Below are positions 30,537 to 40,268 of a DNA stretch of 64,000 bases, piece by piece. Position 1 is the stretch's first letter. Each line of letters opens with the position of its first letter. Both the position numbers and the translations under genes were made by a program. Source of the DNA: an uncultured virus (IMG/VR IMGVR_UViG_3300013121_000030). Taxonomy: Duplodnaviria; Heunggongvirae; Uroviricota; Caudoviricetes. The notes under the pieces are model-generated. The model saw only the letters and a program-made list of their open reading frames with translations, made no database searches and had not been told where the DNA came from. The stretch is taken from positions 128,001 through 192,000 of IMG/VR virus record IMGVR_UViG_3300013121_000030; one strand, written 5' to 3'.

Positions 30537-31586
30537 ATGCCTGTTTCACGACGATTTACCCAACCTGCGATTTCGATTCTCCGTCGTATGGAGACGGAGA
30601 GATTTTTTGAAGATGTGTCTTATGCGGAGCTGCTACGTGCGGTTGGGGAGATCGGAGCGAGCCTCCACATCTCATCTCCAGAGTTGTTTCGATTGGCAGA
30701 CAAAGTTGAGGGTTCTCGTGGGGGCCATGAAAGGGAGGAGCACGACGATGTGCGGTCTCTCTACGCACGTGTCGAAGCCAATCTGGCCCATCGCTATCTG
30801 TGCGAGCAGGTAGCTCGGGGCACTTCTCCGAGAGGGCAGGGGAGGGTAGCTTCAGGACAACAGCATCGATTGGTCGTGTCCTTTCTGGAGGCTATGCCTC
30901 ACCAGGCGGGATTAGGGACCCTGATTCAGAAGGCCAGGGATCTGTGGGCCTTGGTACGAAGTGCGCCTCGGCTGTGGGAAGCACTGAAGAAATCCCTCGG
31001 GGCGGAGTCCCTGGAAGAGCTGCCGGCAATACTCAAGGAGTGGGCAGCAAAGGGCATGGCAGTGTTGAGGAGAGGGGTGGATAAGTTATCCAAATCCTTC
31101 CCGGCAGCGCTATACTTGGTCCCGAAGGACAAGATGCCTTCAATTTCGGATCTTCTCCAGAGGATCCTTGGGTCTTCTCCAAAGGTTGAGGCCGCCTTCA
31201 GGACCTTGAACACCAAAGTGGTTGCCCCTTTGGATACGTGGATGGCAAAGGCAATCCCCAACCTCTCCCGGCCCTTGAAAGCCGCTGTCTTCATTTGGAT
31301 CTGGCTGAATGTGGCGGAAGTCTCATGGGACTTCAAGTCTATCATGGAGGGCTTTACGGGAGCGATGTCATTGGGTGACATTCTCTCATCGTTACCTGAG
31401 AGTGGTGTAGGGGCGATTCTGGCTGCCTTCGGTGTTGGGTATCACCTTCTTCCAGTTGCGGTTGTGGCTCGAATCTTGTGGCTTGTGGCTTCCAAGTTTG
31501 TGTCCTGGAAGGATGGGAAGCTGGTTGTTCACTGGAGCCGGATTTCCGGAGAGAAGAAGGCAGACGAAGCCTTGGCTGTTCTGTAG
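30537..31586 (+). CDS. Hypothetical protein with hydrophobic C-terminus
   Basis: 349-aa ORF; agga SD. Confidence 0.6.
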   Translation: MPVSRRFTQPAISILRRMETERFFEDVSYAELLRAVGEIGASLHISSPELFRLADKVEGSRGGHEREEHDDVRSLYARVEANLAHRYLCEQVARGTSPRGQGRVASGQQHRLVVSFLEAMPHQAGLGTLIQKARDLWALVRSAPRLWEALKKSLGAESLEELPAILKEWAAKGMAVLRRGVDKLSKSFPAALYLVPKDKMPSISDLLQRILGSSPKVEAAFRTLNTKVVAPLDTWMAKAIPNLSRPLKAAVFIWIWLNVAEVSWDFKSIMEGFTGAMSLGDILSSLPESGVGAILAAFGVGYHLLPVAVVARILWLVASKFVSWKDGKLVVHWSRISGEKKADEALAVL

Positions 31587-31603
31587 GGGTATAAGGGTGC
31601 GTT

Positions 31604-32227
31604 ATGCGCTATCGTTGGCAGGTGAAGGTTCAGCTTTCGGGGCAAACCTGGTGGCTCCTAGACAAGAGTGCGGAAGAGGTGGGCCCAGAAGTTGAGGGAA
31701 AGCCTTATGCGCTGCCCAGCCTCAAGACTCCGCATTCATTCAAAGTGGTAGACCTTGAGACTGGTCTGCCAGTCCTCCAAGGAGAGATGCCTCCCGCCAA
31801 GGGTGTGGGAGGTTTCCGATTTTTGGAGTTTGTGTTGTCAGAGGGCAACTTTAGCTTGAAGATTTTTCGTCTCACTGGGTGGACCCTTCGGGAGGTAGGA
31901 GACTTCCGACTGGAGCCGAGGACCCCACGTCCCATTGTAACGGTCTCCAAGATCGTGGGGGAGGAAGGGACCCCAGCTCCAACAAAGACTCCTATTCCAT
32001 GTTTCGGTCTGTCTCGAAGATTGTCTTATGGAAAAGGGGTGCGGGTAGGTCCCTTGGAGGGATTCCGCACCTTCTCTGTGAAGGTGTCCGATCGCCATTA
32101 CATCCACGTCAACAACTGCTTCATTGTTTCTGAAGAGGCAACCCGACCCTTGTTGGAATTCCCCACCTTTCTTCCCGATGGAAGGTGGATGGAGATTGGG
32201 TCCAAACCTCGGGAAGAAGCTCGTTAG
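31604..32227 (+). CDS. Hypothetical protein
   Basis: 207-aa ORF preceded by a GGGTAT motif. Confidence 0.55.
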   Translation: MRYRWQVKVQLSGQTWWLLDKSAEEVGPEVEGKPYALPSLKTPHSFKVVDLETGLPVLQGEMPPAKGVGGFRFLEFVLSEGNFSLKIFRLTGWTLREVGDFRLEPRTPRPIVTVSKIVGEEGTPAPTKTPIPCFGLSRRLSYGKGVRVGPLEGFRTFSVKVSDRHYIHVNNCFIVSEEATRPLLEFPTFLPDGRWMEIGSKPREEAR

Positions 32228-32263
32228 GGCGTTCATAGAATCCTCTTCCAAGAGGATTCTTGG

Positions 32264-32665
32264 ATGCCGAGAAAACAAGCAGGAAGTCAGGCGGGGTGGG
32301 CGTTGATCTGTGGGCAGGTCAACGCCGCACGAGTGGAAGCCCATCGAGTTCATCAGCTCCTCAACAAAGTTCTGGCGATCGTCGAGGATTCAGAGCATAA
32401 GGACCACATTTACCAGGTGGCTGGGGATTTGATCAACGTAATCCCGCATCGGCTGGAGAACCTTGAGACAAACCTGGATGCTGCTGGATACGCTCTCTCA
32501 AAGATGGGGGAGGATCATCTCCGGGATCGACTCCCCGTGTCATTCCGAGCGTTGGTGGATGAGACGGTTGAGGGCGCCAAGGCATTTGGAGCCCCCATGC
32601 ACCACGAGGGCCTCGTCAAGAGGCTTGCGGCGAGCTACCTGGCTCGTCGAGGAGTGTGGAAGTGA
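32264..32665 (+). CDS. Hypothetical, probable head protein
   Basis: RKQA at the N-terminus, KRLAASYL at the C-terminus. Confidence 0.6.
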   Translation: MPRKQAGSQAGWALICGQVNAARVEAHRVHQLLNKVLAIVEDSEHKDHIYQVAGDLINVIPHRLENLETNLDAAGYALSKMGEDHLRDRLPVSFRALVDETVEGAKAFGAPMHHEGLVKRLAASYLARRGVWK

Positions 32666-33792
32666 AGAAGGGATATCGGTCTCCCGCGCAGGAGTTGTCT
32701 GGATACAAGACATACACAAACGAGCAATCTCAGCGGGGTCTATCTCCTACGGATTACGAATACACGTCAACCCCTGAGCAGGACTCTGCGTGGGATCCAT
32801 CGCGCAAGAAGCAGATGCGAGAGTCCCCATCGGCACTGCCACTTCCAGACCATCAGAAAAAAGACCGCATCCGAAAAGTTGGGCCCACCACCTACAATAA
32901 AGTGGACCGGAAACCCGACGTTCACCGCGACAACTCAAAATCTCTGCCAGACAACCTCCATTACGACCCGAAACTCAACGAAGAGAATTGGCGGACAATC
33001 CCAGAGTACGGCGACAACTACGGACACCCCACAAAATACGATTACAACTACCCCACTCGCCGATTTGACCCCACCCACTTTGCCGCAGAAGTCCAGCGTT
33101 TTGCTGAGATGGCAAAGGAAGCGGTGCCCAAGCTTCCATCCCCTGGAAGCCGCCAGAAGAAGCTGCGCGGACAAGAGAAAGCCGAGAAAGCCAAGGACTA
33201 CAAAGCCCATCGGCCAATCGTTTTGCGCGAACGGCGCAAACATTATCGGGAGAAGATCAAGACGGACCCAAATCGAGATCGTTACCAGAGACTTTATCGG
33301 AAGTACCCGGAACGATTCAAGAGGACGAAGACTTCTCCATTCGGTTCGGCCGCAGAGAGGACCAAGGCATGGCGGGAGGAGCAGAAGCAGGAGGCAAAGC
33401 GTCGTGGGTTGTCACAAGCTGAATTGGCGGAGAGAAGGGTGACGGCGGAAGATTGGGGGATATGGTACAAACACACGGAGCCGCCAGAGAACCCAGACGC
33501 CCGTTCCCAACGGGTCCCTAACCTCACTCAGCGCCCTGAGAAGGGCCTCCATGGGGACCCTCCTGCTGCAAGTCCGCAAGGACCAGTCCACAGGAAAATT
33601 AAGCCTGTTCCTTCAGCGGGAACGGGGAAGGTTATTCCGCAATGGACAGATCTGGTCAACCATGGTCAGCCTGTTCCTGAAGACGTACCAAACAACTATC
33701 TTCGGAACCAGAATGGGGTTAAGACTGCGCTTGTGTGGCGAGTGGCTCGAAATTTTGTGGCGAAGGTACTCTCCAACAGCGAGGAGATCTGA
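32656..33792 (+). CDS. Basic, low-complexity hypothetical protein
   Basis: Arg/Lys-rich centre; KTALVWRVARNF at the C-terminus. Confidence 0.6.
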   Translation: MEVKKGYRSPAQELSGYKTYTNEQSQRGLSPTDYEYTSTPEQDSAWDPSRKKQMRESPSALPLPDHQKKDRIRKVGPTTYNKVDRKPDVHRDNSKSLPDNLHYDPKLNEENWRTIPEYGDNYGHPTKYDYNYPTRRFDPTHFAAEVQRFAEMAKEAVPKLPSPGSRQKKLRGQEKAEKAKDYKAHRPIVLRERRKHYREKIKTDPNRDRYQRLYRKYPERFKRTKTSPFGSAAERTKAWREEQKQEAKRRGLSQAELAERRVTAEDWGIWYKHTEPPENPDARSQRVPNLTQRPEKGLHGDPPAASPQGPVHRKIKPVPSAGTGKVIPQWTDLVNHGQPVPEDVPNNYLRNQNGVKTALVWRVARNFVAKVLSNSEEI

Positions 33793-34187
33793 TGCCACTG
33801 TATACGTATCGCTGCCCTGCCTGTGCATTGGTTTTCGATGAGTCCGCTCCGCTTGCGGAGTACGACCGCCCAAGACCGTGTGAAAAGTGTGGTCAACTGG
33901 CCCCACGAGATATCGCTGCGTCCATGCCGAGTGTGATCTTCAAGGGTGATGGGTGGACAACTAAAAACCTTCGCATCAAGGGTCAGATGCAGAGGAAGAA
34001 TGAGAGGTTGGACAAGAAGATGATGGAAATGAGGGGGGACGGCAAGTATGAAGGAGTAGTCCCCAATGTTGCTGGGGAGCGGACGGACTCATGGTCAGAT
34101 GCCCAGAAATTGGCAAAAGATCGAGGTCTCGATGCTGGCTCTTATGACTCTATTGTCGACAAGGAGAGAAAGGGCCTCACATCATGA
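33792..34187 (+). CDS. FmdB-family zinc-ribbon protein
   Basis: MPLYTYRCPAC..F..CEKCG..IFKGDGW. Confidence 0.85.
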   Translation: MPLYTYRCPACALVFDESAPLAEYDRPRPCEKCGQLAPRDIAASMPSVIFKGDGWTTKNLRIKGQMQRKNERLDKKMMEMRGDGKYEGVVPNVAGERTDSWSDAQKLAKDRGLDAGSYDSIVDKERKGLTS

Positions 34188-34942
34188 TGATCTCCAACCT
34201 CAAAATCCCTCCGCCCAATCTTTTGGAGCGGCAGCCAAACTATATCCATCTCCAGTACAGGAACGACCCCACCATCACGGCTTACAAGGTCCGTGTGGCA
34301 TCGTCCTTGGATGACGCCTATGGGACCGCCAATGGGGTTGTGGGAGCAGGGACGGAAGTCCTTTTTGTGGTGGAGAGGGGAGATTTCTTTGGGTCACAGA
34401 CGATCCTGAGGAAGGGCCTCCAACAGACTGGATCTTCGGGGAATGCTCGCGGTCAAACGAGGGCTCTGTATGACCCAGAGGATTTTTTCAATCCCCCTGT
34501 GACCGTGACTGTCCCCCCGGACGATCAGATTGCCTATATTCGGACTCAGATCCGAAAAGTGTCAACAGCCTTTCCGGTGGGAGCGGACAACACCAACCAG
34601 AGTGTCATCAAGATTATCCCGCCTCCTTTCTTTATGACAACCTTTTGGCCGGTCATGTCCCTGTATGGGACAGCCCCCCAGGTGGCTCTGGCAGCAGGTT
34701 CTCTCCCAACGGAACAAACAATGCGAATTATGGTGCCGTCGTTTGTGCGGACGGTGACCTTGACGAACTTGGATGCGGGTGTTGGGCTTCTTTACTCGCC
34801 ACAAGTGGACCTGCCTTTGCTGCCGTTGGCGGCAGGTAACTCAGTCTCCTCCAACATGGGGAGTGTAATCTGCATCTGCTCTGCGGGAGGTAATCCAAAA
34901 TTTTCCATGGTGATGGAATTCCAGCCCCTCGGGGATCAATAG
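34184..34942 (+). CDS. Putative virion protein
   Basis: Beta-rich 252-aa ORF in the structural block. Confidence 0.55.
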   Translation: MMISNLKIPPPNLLERQPNYIHLQYRNDPTITAYKVRVASSLDDAYGTANGVVGAGTEVLFVVERGDFFGSQTILRKGLQQTGSSGNARGQTRALYDPEDFFNPPVTVTVPPDDQIAYIRTQIRKVSTAFPVGADNTNQSVIKIIPPPFFMTTFWPVMSLYGTAPQVALAAGSLPTEQTMRIMVPSFVRTVTLTNLDAGVGLLYSPQVDLPLLPLAAGNSVSSNMGSVICICSAGGNPKFSMVMEFQPLGDQ

Positions 34943-34994
34943 GCTCCGTTAGGGTGGCTATCTTTCCGATCGATGGGTAGAAACGGAGAAAACA

Positions 34995-35669
34995 ATGCCG
35001 TACATCGTGATGCGCCGGACTGATATCCCCAATGGGGTCCTCCAGGTTGTGGACTTGAAGCCCAACACCTCGCAGAGGAATATTCCTTATGAGCCTGGGA
35101 TGGGGCAAACTGGCTACATCCGCAATATCCCGACCAGTGACACAGTTGCTACGACTGGCGCGGGTCCCATCGTGACCAATGCCCAATATTGTGGTCTGGC
35201 TGCGTATCTGATTGATCATGTGGAGGATTCTTCCACCACGGCAATCACTGCGGCGGTGGCGAATACGGCTGCTGCAACGATTATTGCCAGGCCGCAAGCA
35301 GGTTTGACCGTCACTCTGGCGAACATCAACGCGGCGTTGGTGGCAGCTGGAGCGACAGTTGGTACGGGGCTCACAGCGGGAAATTCGACTGGTTCGCTGG
35401 CAGATGTTCTCTCAATCCTCCAGGGGAAAGGTTATTGCCTTCCTGGCGGAGCACAGGTTGAGGATGCGGGCAACCTGTTTGATCCCACTGTAAGCGGATA
35501 CTTCTCCGATTCTGAAGTAATCCGGACCTACTACGACACGGGATATTTCAAGATCTCCTTCGGAGAAGGAAATCTCTCAAGCTTACTCTCCTCCACCTTC
35601 ACCTATGAGGGTTCGGCGGGTGCGGCCATCACAGTTTACAACAACGACGGCACGCTGTACGTAGGATAA
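34995..35669 (+). CDS. Putative virion protein, paralog A
   Basis: N- and C-termini closely match the next gene. Confidence 0.65.
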   Translation: MPYIVMRRTDIPNGVLQVVDLKPNTSQRNIPYEPGMGQTGYIRNIPTSDTVATTGAGPIVTNAQYCGLAAYLIDHVEDSSTTAITAAVANTAAATIIARPQAGLTVTLANINAALVAAGATVGTGLTAGNSTGSLADVLSILQGKGYCLPGGAQVEDAGNLFDPTVSGYFSDSEVIRTYYDTGYFKISFGEGNLSSLLSSTFTYEGSAGAAITVYNNDGTLYVG

Positions 35670-35678
35670 GAGGAAACC

Positions 35679-36734
35679 ATGCCGCACATTGTGATGAAGA
35701 GGTCCGATATCCCTCGGGCGACATTGCAGGTTTTGGACTTGCAGCCCAACGTCAGCCAAAGGAATCCCACCATTGACCCTCCAGGTCAAAACAAGTATGT
35801 CAATGCTCCCTACAACGATGTTGTTGTGACGACGGGTGTGGGGCCTGTGTACATGTACACAGAGGCTCGCGGACTTGCGGCCTGGTTCATCACCAACATC
35901 GATGATGGCACAGGTGTGCAAGCCACTGGGAGCTTCTCCATTGCGGCGGGCAATGCGGCTCCTGGAGATACTGTGATTGTGAATACGGTTGCGGTTGGAG
36001 GCCCCAACGTCACCTTTACATTTGTGGCAGGCGCTCCTGTGCTGTCCACCGATGTGACTGTGGGTGGGACTGAAGACATTTCGGCGACCAATCTGGCCAA
36101 CGCAATCAACAATGCTCTCAATGGCCTGGACGTCTATGTCACTGCTGCTGCCCCTGGTGGCGGTCCTCCTTCTCCAGTGAACCTCACGGCGGTTCAGCCT
36201 GGGACTGCGGCCAACTCCATTGCGATTTCGGCTGTGGGAGCTAACCTGAGTGCCTCAGGGGCTACACTGGCCGGCGGTGTGAATGCCAATGCTCTTACCG
36301 CAGCCAACGCCAACGCCATTGCCAGCGGGATCTTGACTTCCCTCGTACGGTTTGGGAATCTCGCAACTCCAGCTGTGGCCTGTAACCTTGCGGGCGTCAA
36401 TGGCATCGTTGCTGGGGTTGTGGCAACCGCGGCAATCACTTCAACTCAATTGATCGAGATTTTGGATATCCTGTCTGGTCGCTACTATGTGGCCCCAGAA
36501 GGAGTCCAAGTTGACTCCGGATCTGGGTTCGAGGTGAGCCCTGCAGTTGGAACTGCAACCGGCCCTCGATTTGTGGATCCCAGCACCAGGCACACCTACG
36601 ATACTGGATCCCTCAAAATCTCGTTTGGGGAAGGACACCTCTCGGTGTTTTCGGCATCCAGCTTCATCTACAATGACGCAGCAGGAGCTGCCGTTGTTGT
36701 TTATGCGGATGACGGCTCATTGTACACTCTCTAA
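35679..36734 (+). CDS. Putative virion protein, paralog B with inserted domain
   Basis: MPHIVMKRSDIP..SQRN; YDTG..KISFGEG; extra sheath-like domain. Confidence 0.65.
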   Translation: MPHIVMKRSDIPRATLQVLDLQPNVSQRNPTIDPPGQNKYVNAPYNDVVVTTGVGPVYMYTEARGLAAWFITNIDDGTGVQATGSFSIAAGNAAPGDTVIVNTVAVGGPNVTFTFVAGAPVLSTDVTVGGTEDISATNLANAINNALNGLDVYVTAAAPGGGPPSPVNLTAVQPGTAANSIAISAVGANLSASGATLAGGVNANALTAANANAIASGILTSLVRFGNLATPAVACNLAGVNGIVAGVVATAAITSTQLIEILDILSGRYYVAPEGVQVDSGSGFEVSPAVGTATGPRFVDPSTRHTYDTGSLKISFGEGHLSVFSASSFIYNDAAGAAVVVYADDGSLYTL

Positions 36735-36749
36735 CATTGAGTACCTGGC

Positions 36750-36786
36750 AAAAAAGGGATGCCACCTCAGGTGGCATCCCTTTTTT
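36750..36786. terminator. Bidirectional intrinsic terminator
   Basis: aaaaaagggatgccacc-tca-ggtggcatccctttttt. Confidence 0.85.
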
Positions 36787-36802
36787 CTTGTAGCGTGTAG
36801 GT

Positions 36803-39187
36803 ATGGCACTCCCACCCAAGCCATTTGCTCCACCTTCTCCGTCCTCTCGTCAGATCCAGTTGGATCGGGGTCGACGTCGGGAGATTCAGAACATGGGTCC
36901 TTCAACAGGACCCATGTCTCATGGCCTTGGAGTGGGTCGAGTGGTGCGGGTGGACTATTCCACCCATGAGATTGTCCTCCAAATCATTTCAGGGGAGAAC
37001 GACCTCTATCAAAGGACTGCGACGACAAACTTGTATCCTGTGGCGGGCGCGAGAACCTTCATGGGTGGTCTCCCTGAGCCAGGGGATCTGTGTGTGGTGG
37101 GGTGGCTGGCAACATCCAACAAAACCCCTATGATCTTGGGGTGGATTCCGATCGGCATTTCTGCTGGGATGGAATGGCTACCTGTTCAGGACTTCTTGCC
37201 CACAGAAGTGGACATGAACCCCAAGATTCGATCCCAGTACGAGGGGATTTACAGTAGGCGGCGGTTCAAGATGAGGCCCATGAAGCCAGGGGATCTGTAC
37301 TTGTCCTCCAGCAAAGGAGCTGACATCTACCTGGACGAGGGGGTCTCGATTTCAAATAGGAGGTTGTCTGAGATTCGCCTCCGAGATCAAGACCAGGCGT
37401 TGGTTTTGAGATCTCTTGTGCATTTCCAAGCACTGGGGGGTGCAAGGGTCTATGCTGGCCCAGTCCAGCGAGATGCGCGTCTTCTCCCCTTTCGGGTGAT
37501 TCAGGATGGAGTGGAGTGGGACGCTCCAATTCAGGTGGAAGGGTCTACCCCTCTACCCCCCTTTGCCTTGGGATCTGAGGCAAAAGGGAAATTTCGTCCG
37601 CACCCTGTATTCCAGAAGTCGGATATTTCAAAACCATTCTTCGACTCGGGGTTTGAGGTGGACTCCAATGTGGACCCGTACGCTCTCTTGGCACGTGGTC
37701 TCTGGATCGGTCCTGACGGCTACATGCAGGATCCCTCAGCCAGGACAGATGTGGAGTATGGAGGAAAGCCTATCTATAGGGTTTCACAGTCCTCCGATGG
37801 GACTCCTCCAAATGGGGCAGGGCCCAATGTGGACACCCTGACCGAATATCGGATCGAGTTGATGCACACATCCGATGGGACGCTGCCCGTCACAGAACAA
37901 ACTGAAGGTTTTGACTCAGATCGTCTCCCCAGCACAGCCACACAGGGACAAGCGACCGATGTTCCGCGTCCAATTGTGGAGTGGGCCTTGGGATCTGTGG
38001 TGGGGAACCAGCCCTTCTCTGTGCAGGAGAAGGGTCTCTATGGAATCCCGCTTCTCCCAAAAATCTTTGATGGACCCGTGCTGGACCCCAGGTTGGAGTC
38101 AGGACTTGGAGAGGACATCCATCGTCATGCCGCAACCCTCCTGAGAATTACTCCACCCCTTCGAGACCCAGGCACCAATCCCTCGGCCTTCCTTTGCATG
38201 ACGAAACAGGGATCAGCGAGGGTTTTTCTCTCGGGGCCCCAGACAGAAGACTCCCTGGAGATTGCAGCTCGTGGCGGGGTGCGCATGGAGGCTGGAGGGA
38301 GGATCCGGCTCAAAGGGACCTCTCTGGAGTTGGATTTTGCAGAAGGAGATGACTCCAATCGCGCCTTCTCCGTTGTCACTCAAACGGGATCTGTACGCCT
38401 CTCGGCGGGCGGCCCAACCACCCAAGGGAGTGCCTCTGCGAGGGGGACAAACTCAAAGGTGCGGGAGGAGCAGCTTCCAGCATTGACTTTGGAAGCGCCC
38501 ACCTCGAACGTGTGGGTGACGGCTGGAAAGGCAGTCAAGATTGCCTCAGGGACGACAATTCAGGTTGGAGATGCTCAAGAGGTGAGCGTCTCCGCGAAGA
38601 GGTCCTTGCGGCTTTTCTCCGACAAAATGATCCAACAGTGCAATACGCTGGATCGGACTGTTCAGGGCCAGGAAAGGACCCTCTACATTGGGCCCAAGAA
38701 TTTTGTACCCTCCAATGGGCCCACACGAGAAGTTACCTTTGGGGGAACACCTGCAACGGGACAAACAGGTGGGGTCGTGGATCGCTACAAAGTCCAGTTC
38801 GGGGACAGGGAAGAAACCTTTGTGGCTGGGAATCACACCACAAAAGTGGTGGTTGGAGATTTGACTTACCAAACCGGGTTGGGAAAGTGGAGGGCTGAGG
38901 CGGGGACCAATACGCTGGAGGTCTCTTCGACGGGTGGGATCGATGGGAATGTTTTGGTGGGATCCGTCAAGATGGTTGCTGTGAGCACCATTTCCCTCCA
39001 GGGGTTGGCTGGAGCCACCATGAAGTCAGGTGCGCTGACTCGGGTGTCGGGCTCCACTGTTGTGCTGGGAGCTGTGGGAAAGACAGGGGCCATTGTGAGC
39101 GGAGCAGATCTGGATCCCCTCACAAACTTGCCACTGTCTTTCTTCAACATGGGTTCCCCAGGCCATCTCCTGGGGCCATCCATCTAA
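36803..39187 (+). CDS. Baseplate spike-like (gp5/VgrG-like) protein
   Basis: N-terminal OB-fold pattern GRVVRVDY..GGLPEPGDLCVVG; C-terminal beta-strand repeats. Confidence 0.6.
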   Translation: MALPPKPFAPPSPSSRQIQLDRGRRREIQNMGPSTGPMSHGLGVGRVVRVDYSTHEIVLQIISGENDLYQRTATTNLYPVAGARTFMGGLPEPGDLCVVGWLATSNKTPMILGWIPIGISAGMEWLPVQDFLPTEVDMNPKIRSQYEGIYSRRRFKMRPMKPGDLYLSSSKGADIYLDEGVSISNRRLSEIRLRDQDQALVLRSLVHFQALGGARVYAGPVQRDARLLPFRVIQDGVEWDAPIQVEGSTPLPPFALGSEAKGKFRPHPVFQKSDISKPFFDSGFEVDSNVDPYALLARGLWIGPDGYMQDPSARTDVEYGGKPIYRVSQSSDGTPPNGAGPNVDTLTEYRIELMHTSDGTLPVTEQTEGFDSDRLPSTATQGQATDVPRPIVEWALGSVVGNQPFSVQEKGLYGIPLLPKIFDGPVLDPRLESGLGEDIHRHAATLLRITPPLRDPGTNPSAFLCMTKQGSARVFLSGPQTEDSLEIAARGGVRMEAGGRIRLKGTSLELDFAEGDDSNRAFSVVTQTGSVRLSAGGPTTQGSASARGTNSKVREEQLPALTLEAPTSNVWVTAGKAVKIASGTTIQVGDAQEVSVSAKRSLRLFSDKMIQQCNTLDRTVQGQERTLYIGPKNFVPSNGPTREVTFGGTPATGQTGGVVDRYKVQFGDREETFVAGNHTTKVVVGDLTYQTGLGKWRAEAGTNTLEVSSTGGIDGNVLVGSVKMVAVSTISLQGLAGATMKSGALTRVSGSTVVLGAVGKTGAIVSGADLDPLTNLPLSFFNMGSPGHLLGPSI

Positions 39188-39873
39188 TCCTTGCAGGGAG
39201 AGAGGTCTTGGACGCAATGGTACTGCGTCTTCAGGAGATCTAGCACTGCGGTGCAAGATGTGGAGTTTTTCCCTCCAGGGAGACCCAGTTCGTCGCACGT
39301 GGGCTGGATGAGAGCCACGTCGCACTTTTCAGTGCCGTTGATGACACCATCTCCACAGTAGATGCACATGGAGAGGTCCAACTCACACTTGTCTGTGCAG
39401 GGGACGAAGTTGTTTGGGCTGAACAGGTAGTAGGACCACTGGATGAGACCATATTCAGGAATGGGGTCCAGGATCATGGTGTCGCACTTGTTGTTATTGA
39501 AGCAATAGGCATTTCCGTCACACTGCTCCAGGTCACATGGGCCATCGATGATGTCGACTTCCCCATCTCCACAAGTGTCCTGAACCCCCGTGGTTGCATC
39601 TGTAGTTGAAGAGGTCGTCCCTGTTGACGTAGATGTTGCCGTGGTGGCATCTGTGGAGGACCCCATTCCCCCAGAGGAGGAATCCCCCCCTGTGGAGATG
39701 GTCCCTGTCGTTTCGGATCCACTCGTCGTGGGGTCTGTTCCAGTGGAACTGGAGGTGCCGCGTGTGCCCCCACCTGTGATGGAGGTGACACCTGTGAGAT
39801 TGGTGGTCTGGACGACATCATCCATCAGACATCCAGAGAGGAGAATGGTGAGAAGCAAAGAGGTTTTGTTCAT
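39184..39873 (-). CDS. Lipoprotein with Thr/Ser/Gly linker and myxobacterial-type Cys-rich repeats
   Basis: Signal peptide with lipobox LLSGC; CGDG..EQCD and CGDGVINGTEKCD. Confidence 0.75.
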   Translation of the reverse strand: MNKTSLLLTILLSGCLMDDVVQTTNLTGVTSITGGGTRGTSSSTGTDPTTSGSETTGTISTGGDSSSGGMGSSTDATTATSTSTGTTSSTTDATTGVQDTCGDGEVDIIDGPCDLEQCDGNAYCFNNNKCDTMILDPIPEYGLIQWSYYLFSPNNFVPCTDKCELDLSMCIYCGDGVINGTEKCDVALIQPTCDELGLPGGKNSTSCTAVLDLLKTQYHCVQDLSPCKD

Positions 39874-39938
39874 GGTAGGTTCCTGGAGAAGACTCTTGGA
39901 GAGTCTGAAAATCGTGCCCCCGTATTACCCGAAAGGAC

Positions 39939-40268
39939 TTGGGTTTTGGAATGTTGAAGTGGCCAGCAAGGATAAGTGTTCAGGAAGCGGCCAGGATCTT
40001 GGGAATAACGGATGGTGGGGTCCGGGGGGCAATCGGGCGGGGGAAGATTCCCTCGAAGTTGGAGGGTGGAAGGAGGACCATTCAGTTTGAGGATTTGGCC
40101 TTCTTCGGGATCTATGGGACTTCGCATCCTCTCGAAAATCGGTCGCCAGGTTGGGAGCAGGCAGTGGTGAGAGTCTTTCAGACTCTTTATGGGGAGATCG
40201 AGATCTCCAAGAGGGGAGATCCTGAGGCGGATACCGAGGAGACAATTCGGATCCCAGGACCCAAGTGA
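39939..40268 (+). CDS. Excisionase/MerR-like HTH protein
   Basis: ISVQEAARILGIT..VR.AI.RGKIPS. Confidence 0.65.
   Translation: MGFGMLKWPARISVQEAARILGITDGGVRGAIGRGKIPSKLEGGRRTIQFEDLAFFGIYGTSHPLENRSPGWEQAVVRVFQTLYGEIEISKRGDPEADTEETIRIPGPK

Noticed and set aside
30513-32263. Candidate late promoter ATAGA(A/T) upstream of 30537, 32264 and 60587
   Set aside because: Too few and too short to distinguish from chance by eye.
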